DNA from: Selaginella moellendorffii
Lineage: Eukaryota; Plantae; Lycopodiophyta
Length of the DNA stretch: 64,000 nucleotides
Direction: 5' to 3'
Assembly (NCBI RefSeq): GCF_000143415.4
Contig: NW_003314265.1
Location: forward strand, 1,694,446 to 1,758,445
Shown here: piece after piece, positions 1-10,862 of the stretch
How positions within the stretch are numbered: position 1 is the first letter of the stretch
Layout: every line of letters starts with the position of its first letter
Made by a program: the position numbers and the translations under genes
Notes under the pieces: generated by a model
What the model was told of the DNA's origin: nothing
What the model saw: only the letters and a program-made list of their open reading frames with translations
The model's database searches: none

Positions 1-1914
1 CCAGCCTCGTGAATGCCCGGACAGGAACGGGAAAGACGCTGGTATATCTGGCTCCAATCGTCCATGGTTTACAAGCGCGTGAACCGAAAATCACTAGGAC
101 GGAGGGTACATTTGGTACGAAGAGTTCCTTCTCCTAGTTTGTTTTTCTTTTCTCGTTTGCTACTTTCAAGGTTGATGTTTTCACTGTCCACAGCTGTGAT
201 CCTCGTTCCAACGAGGGAGCTTTGCATCCAAGTATGTGGCGTAGCAGAGCAGCTTGTGCACCGTTTCCATTGGCTTGTTCCAGGCCACATTATGGGTGGA
301 GAAAACCGAGCGAAAGAGAAAGCGCGGCTGCGGAAAGGTGTGTTGAAGTCTCTTGTCTGGTCTTGAACTAAATTCCAGATTCTGGCTAGTCAGGTATCAC
401 CATTCTGATCGCTACACCCGGACGCTTGCTGGATCATTTGAAGAACACTGCGTCGTTTCAGTATGACTTTTTGCAATGGATTGTTTTTGACGAGGCGGAT
501 AGGTGGGAAGTTTCGTGATTTTGTTTCTCCTTCTAAAATACTGTCCTTCAGGTTATTAGACATGGGATTCGAGAAGGATATCAGAAGCATTCTCGATTTC
601 CTTGGTACGCACCAGCGTAATGGCAGCAAAAGGCAGCACGTTCTTTTATCGGCCACACTGAACGATAGAGTGAACAAGCTTGCCAAGATTAGTCTCTGCG
701 ATCCTGCTACCATAGGTTTGTCGTCAACGCCTCCTGAAGGAGCGCCGGACCTGGACACCAACGCTAATATTGAATACAGCATCTCGGATAAGCTGCAACA
801 GTGTGTTCTAAAAGGTTCTACACCAATTTTATTGTCTTTGCTTGGGTTCTAACATCTCCTCACGTGTCCGTAGTTTCAAGCAAGATACGTCTGGTCACAT
901 TGTTGGCTCTGCTAAGGCTGAAACTTTACAGCACAAAAGGCTCCTACAAGGTAAGCTTTTTGTCTCTCTAAATGTTTTGGTGATCATACAAATGTTTTTC
1001 CAGATAGTTGTCTTTTTCTCCACATGCGATGCAGTAGATTTTCACCATACTGTCATGAGCAGATTCTCCTGGGTCATGGACGACGGAAGCTCCATGCGGG
1101 GGAGATTTTTGGATTGCGACATATTTAAGCTGCACGGCAATGTCGAACAGAGGGAACGAACGGACACGTTTCACAAGTTCTCGCAGGCTGAAAGGGCCCT
1201 GCTCCTGTGCACGGACGTCGCTGCACGGGGACTTGATTTTAAGGGGCTTAGTTTCATAGTGCAATATGATCCTCCAGGTGAACCTGTAGATTACGTGCAC
1301 AGGTAAGTTATCGTGCATTTCAAGGCCTTTCTACGCTACTAATGCTTGTAATCGCAGAGTTGGAAGAACTGCCAGGCTTGGTAGGAAAGGTGAAGCAGCT
1401 TTGTTTCTACAACCGTGTGAAGCCGAGTACGTTCAAGAACTGCGCAAGCATGGCGTGGTTCTGAAGGACCTCGACACTCGTAAGGTTCTGGATTCTATCT
1501 ACACCATTTCTCAGAAAAGGAGCTTTGCAAGCGTCGACGTTGCAGAAATGCATCCAGCAGCTGCAGCCATGCAAACCGCTCTCGAGTCATTTGTCACGTC
1601 AGAGGTACAAACTCCAACTGGCCCTTTCCGTTTTGTTTTCTCATTTTTGAGTTTTCTTTCAGGGTGACCTCAAGCAGCTTGCAGTGAATGCATTTCGCTC
1701 TTCCGTGCGTGCGTATGCCGTCCATAGGGAGGGCTTGAGGAAAATCTTCCAGGTGAGAATGCTTCACCTGGGACACGTAGCCAAGAGCTTTGCTCTCCGC
1801 GACGCACCATCGGGCTTGTCCAAGTGCTCCGCGCAAAAGGCATCCAAGAGAATGAGAGCTGAAAAGAAGAGAGCCGGGAAAAAGAGGAGGCTCCACGCTG
1901 CCAAAATGGAATAG
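1..1914 (+). CDS. RH17: DEAD-box RNA helicase RH17/DBP7/DDX31 family, spliced, 5' end outside window
   Basis: Spliced exons give motif I ARTGTGKT (~14-40), Ia [22 protein letters not shown], Ib [18 protein letters not shown]|[28 protein letters not shown] and VI YVHR|VGRTARLG, followed by the DBP7-type C-terminal [12 protein letters not shown]. Introns are short GT-AG; stop at 1914. Confidence 0.92.
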
Positions 1915-2030
1915 AGAAGCGGTAGCTAAAGCTGCATTCTTTCGTGGACTAAAAATATCTATCAATCAATATATTTGAGTTTCTACTTATTGCCTAAGAT
2001 GAATAACGGTAAAGATAAACCTGCAACATA

Positions 2031-2038
2031 TAGGGTTT
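2031..2038 (-). promoter_or_regulatory. telo-box-like element (TAGGGTTT) just upstream of the Crinkler-like gene ATG
   Basis: TAGGGTTT 5 nt before the ATG at 2043; similar motifs precede RPL27, APP1 and FtsH12 in this window. Confidence 0.4.
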
Positions 2039-2042
2039 AAGG

Positions 2043-4194
2043 ATGATAGGCCGCCGGCGCTCTGTTGTGGTGGCTTACCCGAGGCTACTGGATGGAACAG
2101 TGTACAATCTGGCCAGAGCGAGGGAAGCGCATGGGAATATGCAAAAGATCCCTTGGAAGGAGCTCTATGAGAAGCTCAAGGCGCCTGGGGAGGTGAGTTC
2201 GTTACCATATCCAGGCATAGGCGTGCCCCCTCGTAGACCAGGCGGGGATTTGAAGTTTGCAGCCAGGGAAGACATAGCTGGACTGTTCCGGGCATTCCTC
2301 CACGCTTGTAAACATCCAGGCCAAGGACATATAATCTACGTGACGGGACCAAAGGGTGTGGGGAAGAGCTGCTACCTGAGGGGACTTGCATGGCTGCTGT
2401 TCTTGAAAGCTCGCGAGGAGGGAAACATTAGAATCGTCTGCCTGTGGAGCATAGAATTCGGGTACACCACTTTATTGGCGCAGGTGAAAGACGCACTACG
2501 TTTCACTTATTGCCAGGCGCAAGATGTACTGCAAGAGATTGACAGTCTCGAGTCGCTGGAAGGCGTGGAGAAATTTCTGGATCAAAGGCTGGAGCTTAAA
2601 GAGAGATTCTACTTCATAGTTGATGGGGCTCAGGTTCTTGATACCGGCAAGGATCATCGAGCTGCCGTGGACATGCAGTTGTCGAGCTTGCTTCAGAAAG
2701 CGCACGTCTCTATTAAAGCACTGTCTCCTATGGGGGATTTCTCTCGCAAGCGTAAGGGTGATTCGTACTGGGTCCACTTCCAGCAGGGATTCTGGGGCGT
2801 AAGTACTTCGTTTATCTCTGGTTCCCTTAGCCAACCGATCATTCTTGCAGGAAGAGTATGGCGCTTACTTGAACCACGCATCCATTCTAGGCTGCTTTCC
2901 TCAGTGGCGGGAACAGATAGCATATTATGGTGGTGACCACCCTCTTTCGCTGTCTGTTTTGGACTCATCCTGCAGACTTCATGCTCGGAACCGTCTGACA
3001 AGCGAAGATGTTGATTTCGATGCCGTTTTCCGAGCCACTTTCCCGGTGCCTAGTGATGTGGAGATTGCCAACCTGCTAAAAGATAAGGATGAATGGGAGG
3101 AAGTGGTGAAGTTATTTGTTTCTTCAGCAGAAATGTCCAGCATCAGGGCTTTACTTGCGGACACACTTTTACGCTTGTCAACCGCCTGTCATTCACAAGT
3201 TAGCATGATGGAACAGGACATGAGGTTCGTAGTTGGGGATCCGAAATGTAACGATGCAGATTATGTAACTCCGTACATCAGGAGGATATACACTGAAGGG
3301 TTCAGGGAGGCAGAAGGCAGGACAGTATATGAGAAGACTGCATGGCATCACTATTGCAGGTACTTGCTTGATCAAGCCGGCCCCATAAACTGGGCTGAAA
3401 TGGGATGGCTTGTTGAAAACCTGGCTGCGGAAGTAATCAGCTGCAAGGGCCTGAATCTCAACGGTATGCATATCCGGACTGGTCAGACCCAAAGATTTGG
3501 TAGTGTTCCGGACTACAAGACGTGGATCTCTGAGGCAGAGACTGGAGGAATTATTTATTTCCTTCCGCTCACGTATAATTATCGCTCTATCGACGGGCTT
3601 ATCGTGTGGCAAGATGCTTCCGGAAATTTGCATCTTCTTGCCATCCAAGTGACTGTCAATGACGAGAAGCACCAGGCCAGCGCAGAGGAATTTATGTCTT
3701 TCAACAGCATCATAAATTGGATACCGGAGGAGCACCTAAGCAAATGGGAGTTGCATTTTGTCTTCCTTTGTACGCGAAGCTTGCCAGTGAAACCGGTGCC
3801 AGAATGCCTGAAACCAATGAGGAGCAGTGGATGCTATGGTAATGTCAAGTACTCATTGCACACCGTCTCGTTTCAAGACGCTTTCACAGGCTCGGTTAGC
3901 AGCGACATTGGGCAGACGCTGAAAGAAGTTGCTGCTAAAAGATACGAGGCGTTACAAGAAGGAGCGGAGAAAGAAGCCGAAGCTGAAACTAAGGCTATAG
4001 CAGATGCAGTGGCTGCTGGACCATCGCTCGGAACACCACAGGTTGTGGCCTTTATTCAAGGTATTCTCTCCAAGTCGGAATTCACAAAACAGAAGCTGGA
4101 GAACCTTGCCAAACATCACAACATTGCAGTATCTTCGTCAGACACAAAGCCAACTTTGATTTCGAAGATTTGTGGAGGGGTCTCGGAACTTTGA
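2043..4194 (+). CDS. Crinkler/RHS-type (CR) protein: P-loop NTPase + PD-(D/E)xK-like REase domain + C-terminal SAP/HeH-like tail; 2 exons (2043-2798, 2851-4194), ~699 aa
   Basis: Walker A GPKGVGKS (2346-2369) and Walker B FYFIVD. A phase-0 intron GTAAGT..TTGCAG (2799-2850) joins the two ORFs as QQGFWG|EEYGAY. REase signature GWLVE...YFLPLTYNYRSIDGL...LAIQVT...H; tail FTKQKLENLAKHHNIAVSSSDTKPTLISKI. Confidence 0.8.
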
Positions 4195-4823
4195 TGTTCT
4201 ATATTATACTTGGAATAATGAGCCAACATTTCTTAGTTAGTTACTTAAACATTGGTAGCTAGAGCTCTTAGCAAGCCAGTAAACCTGGACAAACTGGCAG
4301 TTACCTTCGGAGGAACCTTTCTTGAAAACGCTGAAGGAGAAGGCACTTAAAGCTTTTGGAATTTACAAACACCGAGTTCCTCGCTCCAATCCTCCAAACT
4401 CGCATGTGGAGAGGACAGATCGAGTGGAACTTGAGGTTTTTGTGTTGCATAAAATATCCACAATGAGATCCAGCCTTGTTGTTGTGAGCTTGCTTCGGCC
4501 TTAGTGTGTTGGCTTGTTTGTTATGGCTGTTTTGAACTTCAATATACTTTGTCTTGTTTGTGCTTGCATGCTGTTGGTGACAATTTTAAGGAAGTACCTG
4601 CCTAGCTGTTGAAGTCGAGCCCTAGCCTCCACTTTGCAGCCACAAGATCAAGCAGAAGCTCGATCCACATGCTCTCCGCCCTCTTTCTGCTAGCAGCGAC
4701 TTCATGCTTGATCGCTGCACCCTTCATCTCCACGTTTCTGACCCCCTCGGCAAGCAAGTGCATCTCGTCTCTCGCTTCAAGCCCGCAAGCTGGTCTCGTG
4801 GAACAGCACGTCCTCGAGCTCAG

Positions 4824-5727
4824 CAGCTGTGATCCTCGTTCCAACGAGGGAGCTTTGCACCCAAGTATGTGGCGGAGTAGCTTGTGCACCAGTTATACTG
4901 GCTTGTTCCAGGCCACATGATGGAAAAAACCGAGCGAAAGAGAAAGTCGCGAGGTGTGTTAAAGTTCTTTGTTTGGTCTTGAATTAAATCCCAGATTCTG
5001 GCTAGTCACGTATCACCATTCTGAGCGCTACTTGCTGGATCATTTGAAGAACACGGCGTCGTTTCAGTATGCTTTTTTGCAATGGATTGTTTTTTATGGG
5101 AAATGTTTTTCTCCTTCTAAAATTCTGTCCTTCAGGTTATTAGACACGGGATATCAGAAGCATTCTCGATTTCCTTGGTACGCACCAGCGTAATGGCAGC
5201 AAGAGGCAACTTTTATCGTTCATTTATCGGCCACACTGAACGGCAGTGAACAAGCTTGCCAAGATTAGTCTCTCTCCTACCATACTACGCACCAACGCTA
5301 ATATTGAATACACCAAAAAGGTTCTACAGTGTATTTTATCGTCAAGCAAGATACGTCTGCAATGCCAGTGCTGCCATGAGCCAAATGAAGGTTTGGATTT
5401 TTTCTGGGCGTGGCTCTGCTAAGGGCTTCTACAGCTAACTTTTTAGTTTCTAAAATTTTCGTATGGACGATGATAGGTCCATGCGCGGGAGATTTTTGGA
5501 TTGCGACGTATAAAGCTACAGGGCAATGTCGAAGAGAGGGAATGAGGACACGTTTCACAAGTTCTCGCAGGCTCAAAGGGACCTGCTGCTGTGCACGGAC
5601 GTCGCTACACGGCGGCTCAGCTTCATAGTGCAATATGATCCTCCAGGTGAAGCTGTAGAGTACGTGCACAGGTAAGGTATCGTGCACTTCAAGGTCTTTC
5701 TACGCTACTAATACTTGTTGCAAAGTT
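4824..5727 (+). pseudogene. RH17 helicase pseudogene, middle segment (copy of ~191-1361, introns retained)
   Basis: Collinear nucleotide similarity to 191-1361 including introns (e.g. gctgtgatcctcgttccaacgagg, ctgtccttcaggttattagacac, caatatgatcctccaggtga), with many indels and frameshifts. Confidence 0.9.
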
Positions 5728-6010
5728 ACTTTCGTCCGTGTTGGATCTGCAAGCCAAGGATCATTAGCTTCACGAGGAAAAAGAAAAAGTCTGAGTCAAT
5801 ACAAACCGGAACCAGTACCGTGCACGTCCTGTGCTTGCTTCCTCGAACTTCATCCTTTCTTCTTCTTGTCGAGCTTCTTTCAGTCGAGCTTCTTCTTCTT
5901 TCCTTTCTAACTCCTCAGCGTCAGCCAGCGAAACCTCTCCAGGGCTAGTAAATCTCCTGCCTTTTTGGAGAGTGGTCCTGTTCTTCATAATCGTCTGAAC
6001 GAGTTGTTAC
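5728..6010 (-). pseudogene. SAC3B/GANP-like pseudogene, upstream fragment (inverted)
   Basis: EELERKEEEARLKEARQEEERMKFEEAS..ARYWFR coiled-coil segment; abuts the inversion breakpoint whose partner (7413) starts the SAC3B C-terminal fragment. Confidence 0.45.
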
Positions 6011-6402
6011 GTTTTCTCAGCTACCATGCTGTCTTGCATACTTGCCCACATCTATGTGCTTCTCGGCTGGGGTTGCGAGACCTGGGCTCTTGACTCGATT
6101 CCCATCCATGGATATTGCCCACATCGCATCGTAGAGCGTCGCGGAAGTCTCAGCTCCTCTCTCCTCGCTCCTGCTCCCTCCCCACTCCAAGCTCCATGCT
6201 CCTCGCTCCACCGAGCTCCAGACTCGTCGCCCGCTCCGGCGTGGGCTTGCTAGATTTTGTTGTGGTGCCGAATGGCTTGCGTCTTGCTCTTCAGACCGAG
6301 GATGCTTGCGATTTTTGTCTCGTCTCTTGGCGCGGATGAGTGGAGTGAGAACGTGGCGGTGATTTTTGAAATTGTGAAGTCCGGTTATGGCCTCTCGGCT
6401 CT

Positions 6403-6950
6403 CTGTGTCGCAATGCAAACATCAACGTTGGCAGAAAGAAAACCAAAAACTCTTCGTACCAAATGTACCGGTTTTCGGTTTATGCGCTTGTAAACCGAAG
6501 CCAAAAATACCAGCGCCTTTCCCGTTCCTGTCCGAGCATTCAGAAGGCTGGTAAAACCTCAAGAAACATAGAATAACACTCGCGGATCTCTCCCGCAAAG
6601 AAGTACTAGAAGTCGGATATTGGAACCCAATAGCTCCTCCGCTGTTGTGTTGCCTTACTGGTTCCAAGCCGAGATCGCATGAAAAACTGTAAATTCAAGT
6701 GGTTCTTGTTGAAAAAAATTTGCTTTTTGGTGTTAAGATTTGCAGGTCAGCTTTGAGAGGTTGGGCACTTACTTAATGCTATCCTCTAGACCCTGGCCAT
6801 AAAGATTTAGCCTGAAAAACCACACAGTCTAAATCAGCCAGAGCAGTCAAGGGTCATTTGGAAGTAGTTGGCTAAGAACTTTACCATTTGAAACCATGGC
6901 ACAATCTTGCATTCGTGTAGCAAGAAACCTATTCAACCATAGAAAATGAT
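6403..6950 (-). pseudogene. RH17 helicase pseudogene, 5' segment (copy of ~13-193 plus upstream Q-motif exon)
   Basis: Reverse complement of 6403-6545 matches 13-193 (gaatgctcggacaggaacgggaaag, ggtttacaagcgc, ggtacatttggtacgaagag). Further upstream on the minus strand it reads DLGL...GFQYPT...GRD, a Q-motif remnant. Confidence 0.8.
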
Positions 6951-6951
6951 A

Positions 6952-7412
6952 TTCTTTTGAGCTCTCATTCTCTTGGATGCCTTTTGGGCGGGGCAAGTGG
7001 ACAAGCGTGATGAGCAAAACTCTTGCTACATGTCCCAGCTCAAGCATTCTCACCTGGAAGATCGTCATCAAGCTCTCCCTATGGATGGCATACGCACAGA
7101 AGAGCGAAATGCATTTATTGCAAGCTGCTTGAGATCACCCCGAAAACACACTCAAAGATAAGCCAGAAAAATGGAAAAGGAGTCGTGTCGAGTTTGTACC
7201 TCGAATGACTCGAGAGCGGTTTGCATGGCTGCAGCTGCTGGATGCATTTCTGCAACCTCGACGCCTGCAGATCTGAGAAAGAAACTTACGAGGGTGGAGG
7301 TCCTTCAGCCCCACGCCATATGTGCTTCCGCACATATGTTCTCAGTTCTTGGAGGTACTCGGCTTCACGCGGCTGTGGAACAAAGTTGCTTCTCCTTTCT
7401 TGGCAGTTCTTC
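6952..7412 (-). pseudogene. RH17 helicase pseudogene, 3' segment (copy of ~1363-1868)
   Basis: Reverse complement matches 1363-1868 (gaagaactgcca..., gcagaaatgcatccagcagctgcagccatgcaaaccgctctcgagtc, IFQVRMLELGHVA, gcatccaagagaatgagagct). Confidence 0.9.
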
Positions 7413-9030
7413 GACGTTTTTCGAGTCCCAAAGCAAGGACTCACCAAAGAAGAGTTGGACCGTTAAAAAACGCATCGAGTCTGCTTCCCAACAGCATCTG
7501 AAATAGTTTCTCCGGTTCTCAGAGCTAAGAATCCATGGGCGAGAACTATTTACTGGAAACTGGATTTCTGCATGTTCGTCCAAGGGACGAAGCAGTGAGC
7601 TTCCCGTGCAGTGGCTGAGGTCGAAGCTAATCGGAAATATGGACGTGCTACAGAAAACGAAGTAGCTCGCCATTGCGATATTGGTCTCGACAGAAGCTTC
7701 CAGCCAAGTATCAACATGGCAAACGCTCTCTTGTTCAAGGCTCGCCTCTAAGCAGGATGCGCAGCAAGCTACATTTGCTGGTGGATTCTCTTCCTACCGG
7801 GATCTCTGTGCAACTGTTGGTATTTTCCAACAGTGGGTTTGGATCGGACGAAGGCGATCTCAACAGAAGGCCGCCACCAGAAGAAGAGTTGCGCTGCTGC
7901 TTCAGCTACACAGATTGGACGGCGACAAGATCAGCAGCTGGATAGTTTTATCAACCACTGGGAAAAGCGAACACGGGTTCTACTGCAGTGAGACTCTAGC
8001 CAGGGGTATTGAGTGGCTCGCGACTTTAGCGCCGGCTCAGCCAGAGCTTCATGCTGTGGATCTCCGCGACTTGGTGGCAGAAAAGCTCTACTCTACGTTA
8101 AACTCGTCACGGGAAGAAACCAAAGCCAACGTAGCAGTCTCCAACAAAGCGCTCCAGGACACTACAGCGGAGGTGACAAACGCTGCCAGTACGAGTCCCA
8201 GTCACTGGCCTCCTCCCGACCTTTTGACTTTGCCGGAAGATTGGTATTAGACACTCCTCCCGCAGGCTGGAACAGCTTTGCGACTTTGCAGCCAATTCGC
8301 TGGAGCTCTGCCGACTGCCTCCCTTTCCTTGCCTTGACGAACCGCGTTCGCTCTAGATCTCTCACCATTGTCGGTGGAGGCAATCCTCGACTGCGTGAGA
8401 GCTCAATACAAGTCTCTACTGGCTCCGCTGGAAGTGTACCTGAGCAAGCTCGGCTACGAAGAACCGGAGGCTAACCGTTTCGCAGCCAGCATTTTGGATG
8501 GAGCAGTGCGGAAGGTGGCTCCCGGATCCTGGCGAAGGTGTTCCGGAGCATTTTCTGGACGAAGCTGATGCGTCTGAACAGCGAGCCTCTCCCAACGGTT
8601 TATCTCTTGTTCTTTCACAGAGACGAGGTAGGGGACTTCGAAAAGAGTCTCGTGTTTGTGTCTCGGCTCCAAGGTGGCGTCGAGGAATTTCTTCCAGTCC
8701 AGTCGCTGCTACCTGAGTGTTTTCATCCAGCCTTTTGGCCACTAGCCGCCTCTGGTTCCGTCTGAGGTAGCACTGTCTCTTCTTCGTCCCTGGCCTTCGG
8801 GAGTAGACTCAAAAGCTCGAGCTCACTGCTGGTTCCACAAAACTCACAACCCTTTCCTGGATCGACTCGGGGACGTAGCTGCTCGTGCTCATGCCAGAAG
8901 GGATCGGCTTGGACGTTTTGGAAGTGACGAGCCCGAGGTCTTCAAGCTCGGGCAGCTACAAGAGGTTTAACGAGCTCTTGAGTAGCTGCCACAGCGCCCA
9001 AACACTCGTCTCTGGGAAGCTTACAAGTTA
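7413..9030 (+). pseudogene. SAC3 family protein B (SAC3B/GANP-like) C-terminal pseudogene
   Basis: Frameshifted pieces SEIVSPVLRAKNPWARTIYWKL, KLHLLVDSLPTG, DGDKISSWIVL..GFYCSETLARGIEWLATLAPAQPELHAVDLRDLV, HWPPPD and LPPAGWNS resemble the plant SAC3B C-terminal region as I recall it; multiple stops. Confidence 0.7.
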
Positions 9031-9229
9031 CTTTGGCGTTTTTTGACAGAACTTGTAAATGTATTCATTTCTTTTCAAGGAAACCACAGAGTGCTTTGTG
9101 TAGATTGTCTCGTTTTGCCACTACCCATCGTTAGCTGGCCCTGGAACGTTGTTCAATGTCACCGTTGCAAAAACAAAAGGAAGTTATAAAGAAAACTAAA
9201 GAGAACATGAACCTGGGGTTGAAGCCTTT

Positions 9230-10645
9230 CAGTTCGTTGAACAAACATTTTGGTTAGAACAAACAGCTCACGAACCTGTTGAACTTCGACTTCCATATCG
9301 TTGGACAGCCAGAGTTTTCATGATCGTTCTTTTCATTGAGGTTGGACCATTGTCATGTACGTCTTTAACTGGATTGAAGTCAGAAGATTGCAGATGCCCA
9401 ACGTTGTTTCTCAGCTCGCAAGTCTTGCGTTGAGCGCAGCAGCAACATTGCTGACAATCTTTCCAAAATGTTGACACAGAATCTCTCCAATCTCGTAGCA
9501 TTTTTCTTCTTGGACACAGCGTTTTTTAGTTCTTATCGTGGTTGAGCAGCACCAACATGTCACTTGTCTTTTTTAAGTTTCCCTTCGCGTTGAGAGTTCC
9601 TTGGACCATTGTTTTGCACTTAGCTTGTTTGAGTTGTTTGATCGAGCATATCATCTTAACTTGGACTGTGTCACTGGCTCCCTTTTGTTGCGTTGAGCAT
9701 AACATTGAAAAGAAAGAGCGTCTTCAAACGTTGACACGAATTCTTGATCGCCTCTAGCCTCTCTTTTATCGTTGATCATTCTAGAGAATACATCTTAACT
9801 CGTTGCAAGCAAACTTACCTTGCAAGGGAGGTGGAGAGGTGCAAGAGTGGACGGGGCCGGTCAAGGATCAGCGACGGATCATGATTGTTGTTTTCATTGA
9901 GGTTGGACCATTGTCGTGTAGAACTTCAGCAGTTCTGCAGATCGCAGTTTCCCAACGTTGTTTCTCAGCTCGCAGGTCTTACGTTGAGCGCAGCAACAAC
10001 ACAACTCAAAGCTCCAAAACGCTGACACAAAATCTCTCCAATCTAGTAGCATTTTTCTTCTTGGCACACACTGTGTTTCAGTTCTTATCGTCGTTGAGCA
10101 GCACCAGCATGTCACTTGGCTTCTTCATCACAAGAAATTAGAACAAATCGAAACACACGCGAACCTGGCAACGTGAAACCAAGTATCGTTGATCGTTACT
10201 TTTGTTCATATTCAAACAGCGTTGTCCACATCAGTGAGTTTCCCTTCGCGTTGAGAGTTCCTTGGCCCGTTGTCTTGCACTTTGCTTGTTTGAGTTGTTT
10301 ATTGTGTCACTGGCTCCCTTTTGCGTTGCAATCGAAAAGAGGTGTCTTCAAGCGTTGAGAGTTTCAACACGATTTCTTGATCGCCTACGTCTTAGCTCGT
10401 TGCAAGCAGCTTCGCTTTCCAAATCTCTGTCTTACTCGCTTATTGCTAAAGCCCTACTTACCTTGCGAGGGTGGAGAGAGGCGAAGCGGCCTACCTTGAG
10501 CTCCGATCAATGGGCAGAGTGGAAGGGTCCAACCCCAACCCGTCCGTGACATCCACCGCCTTTATCAACGATGAACCCTAAACTTAAGCAAAGTACCCAG
10601 GACAAAAAGGGGCAGTTCTCAATTAATGAGCTACTTAATTATTCG
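9230..10645 (-). repeat. dispersed repeat with ~600-700 bp internal tandem units (2 units); decayed spliced coiled-coil gene; inverted copy of 37600-39770
   Basis: Repeated blocks (MLRDWRDSVSTFW..CCCAQRKTCELRNNVG in the ORF track at 9268-9501, 9894-10115, 38787 and 39627); a shared terminus at 10560-10645 matches 37600-37720. Confidence 0.85.
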
Positions 10646-10862
10646 ATCTGGTGCATCATCAGAAGAATGTGGGGCAGTCGCGGTATGCCACAGAAGGAGA
10701 TCTTTGATAGAATGCTATCCCCCCTCAAGAATGTGAGGCATCATGTCTCGCCAGAAAAAAAATCGCATAACAATCGATTTTTGAAAAAATAAATTGAGCT
10801 GGTATATATGTGAAATCGTACTCGTGGCTTTCCATGAAATTAAAAAAACGGTTTACAAGCTT

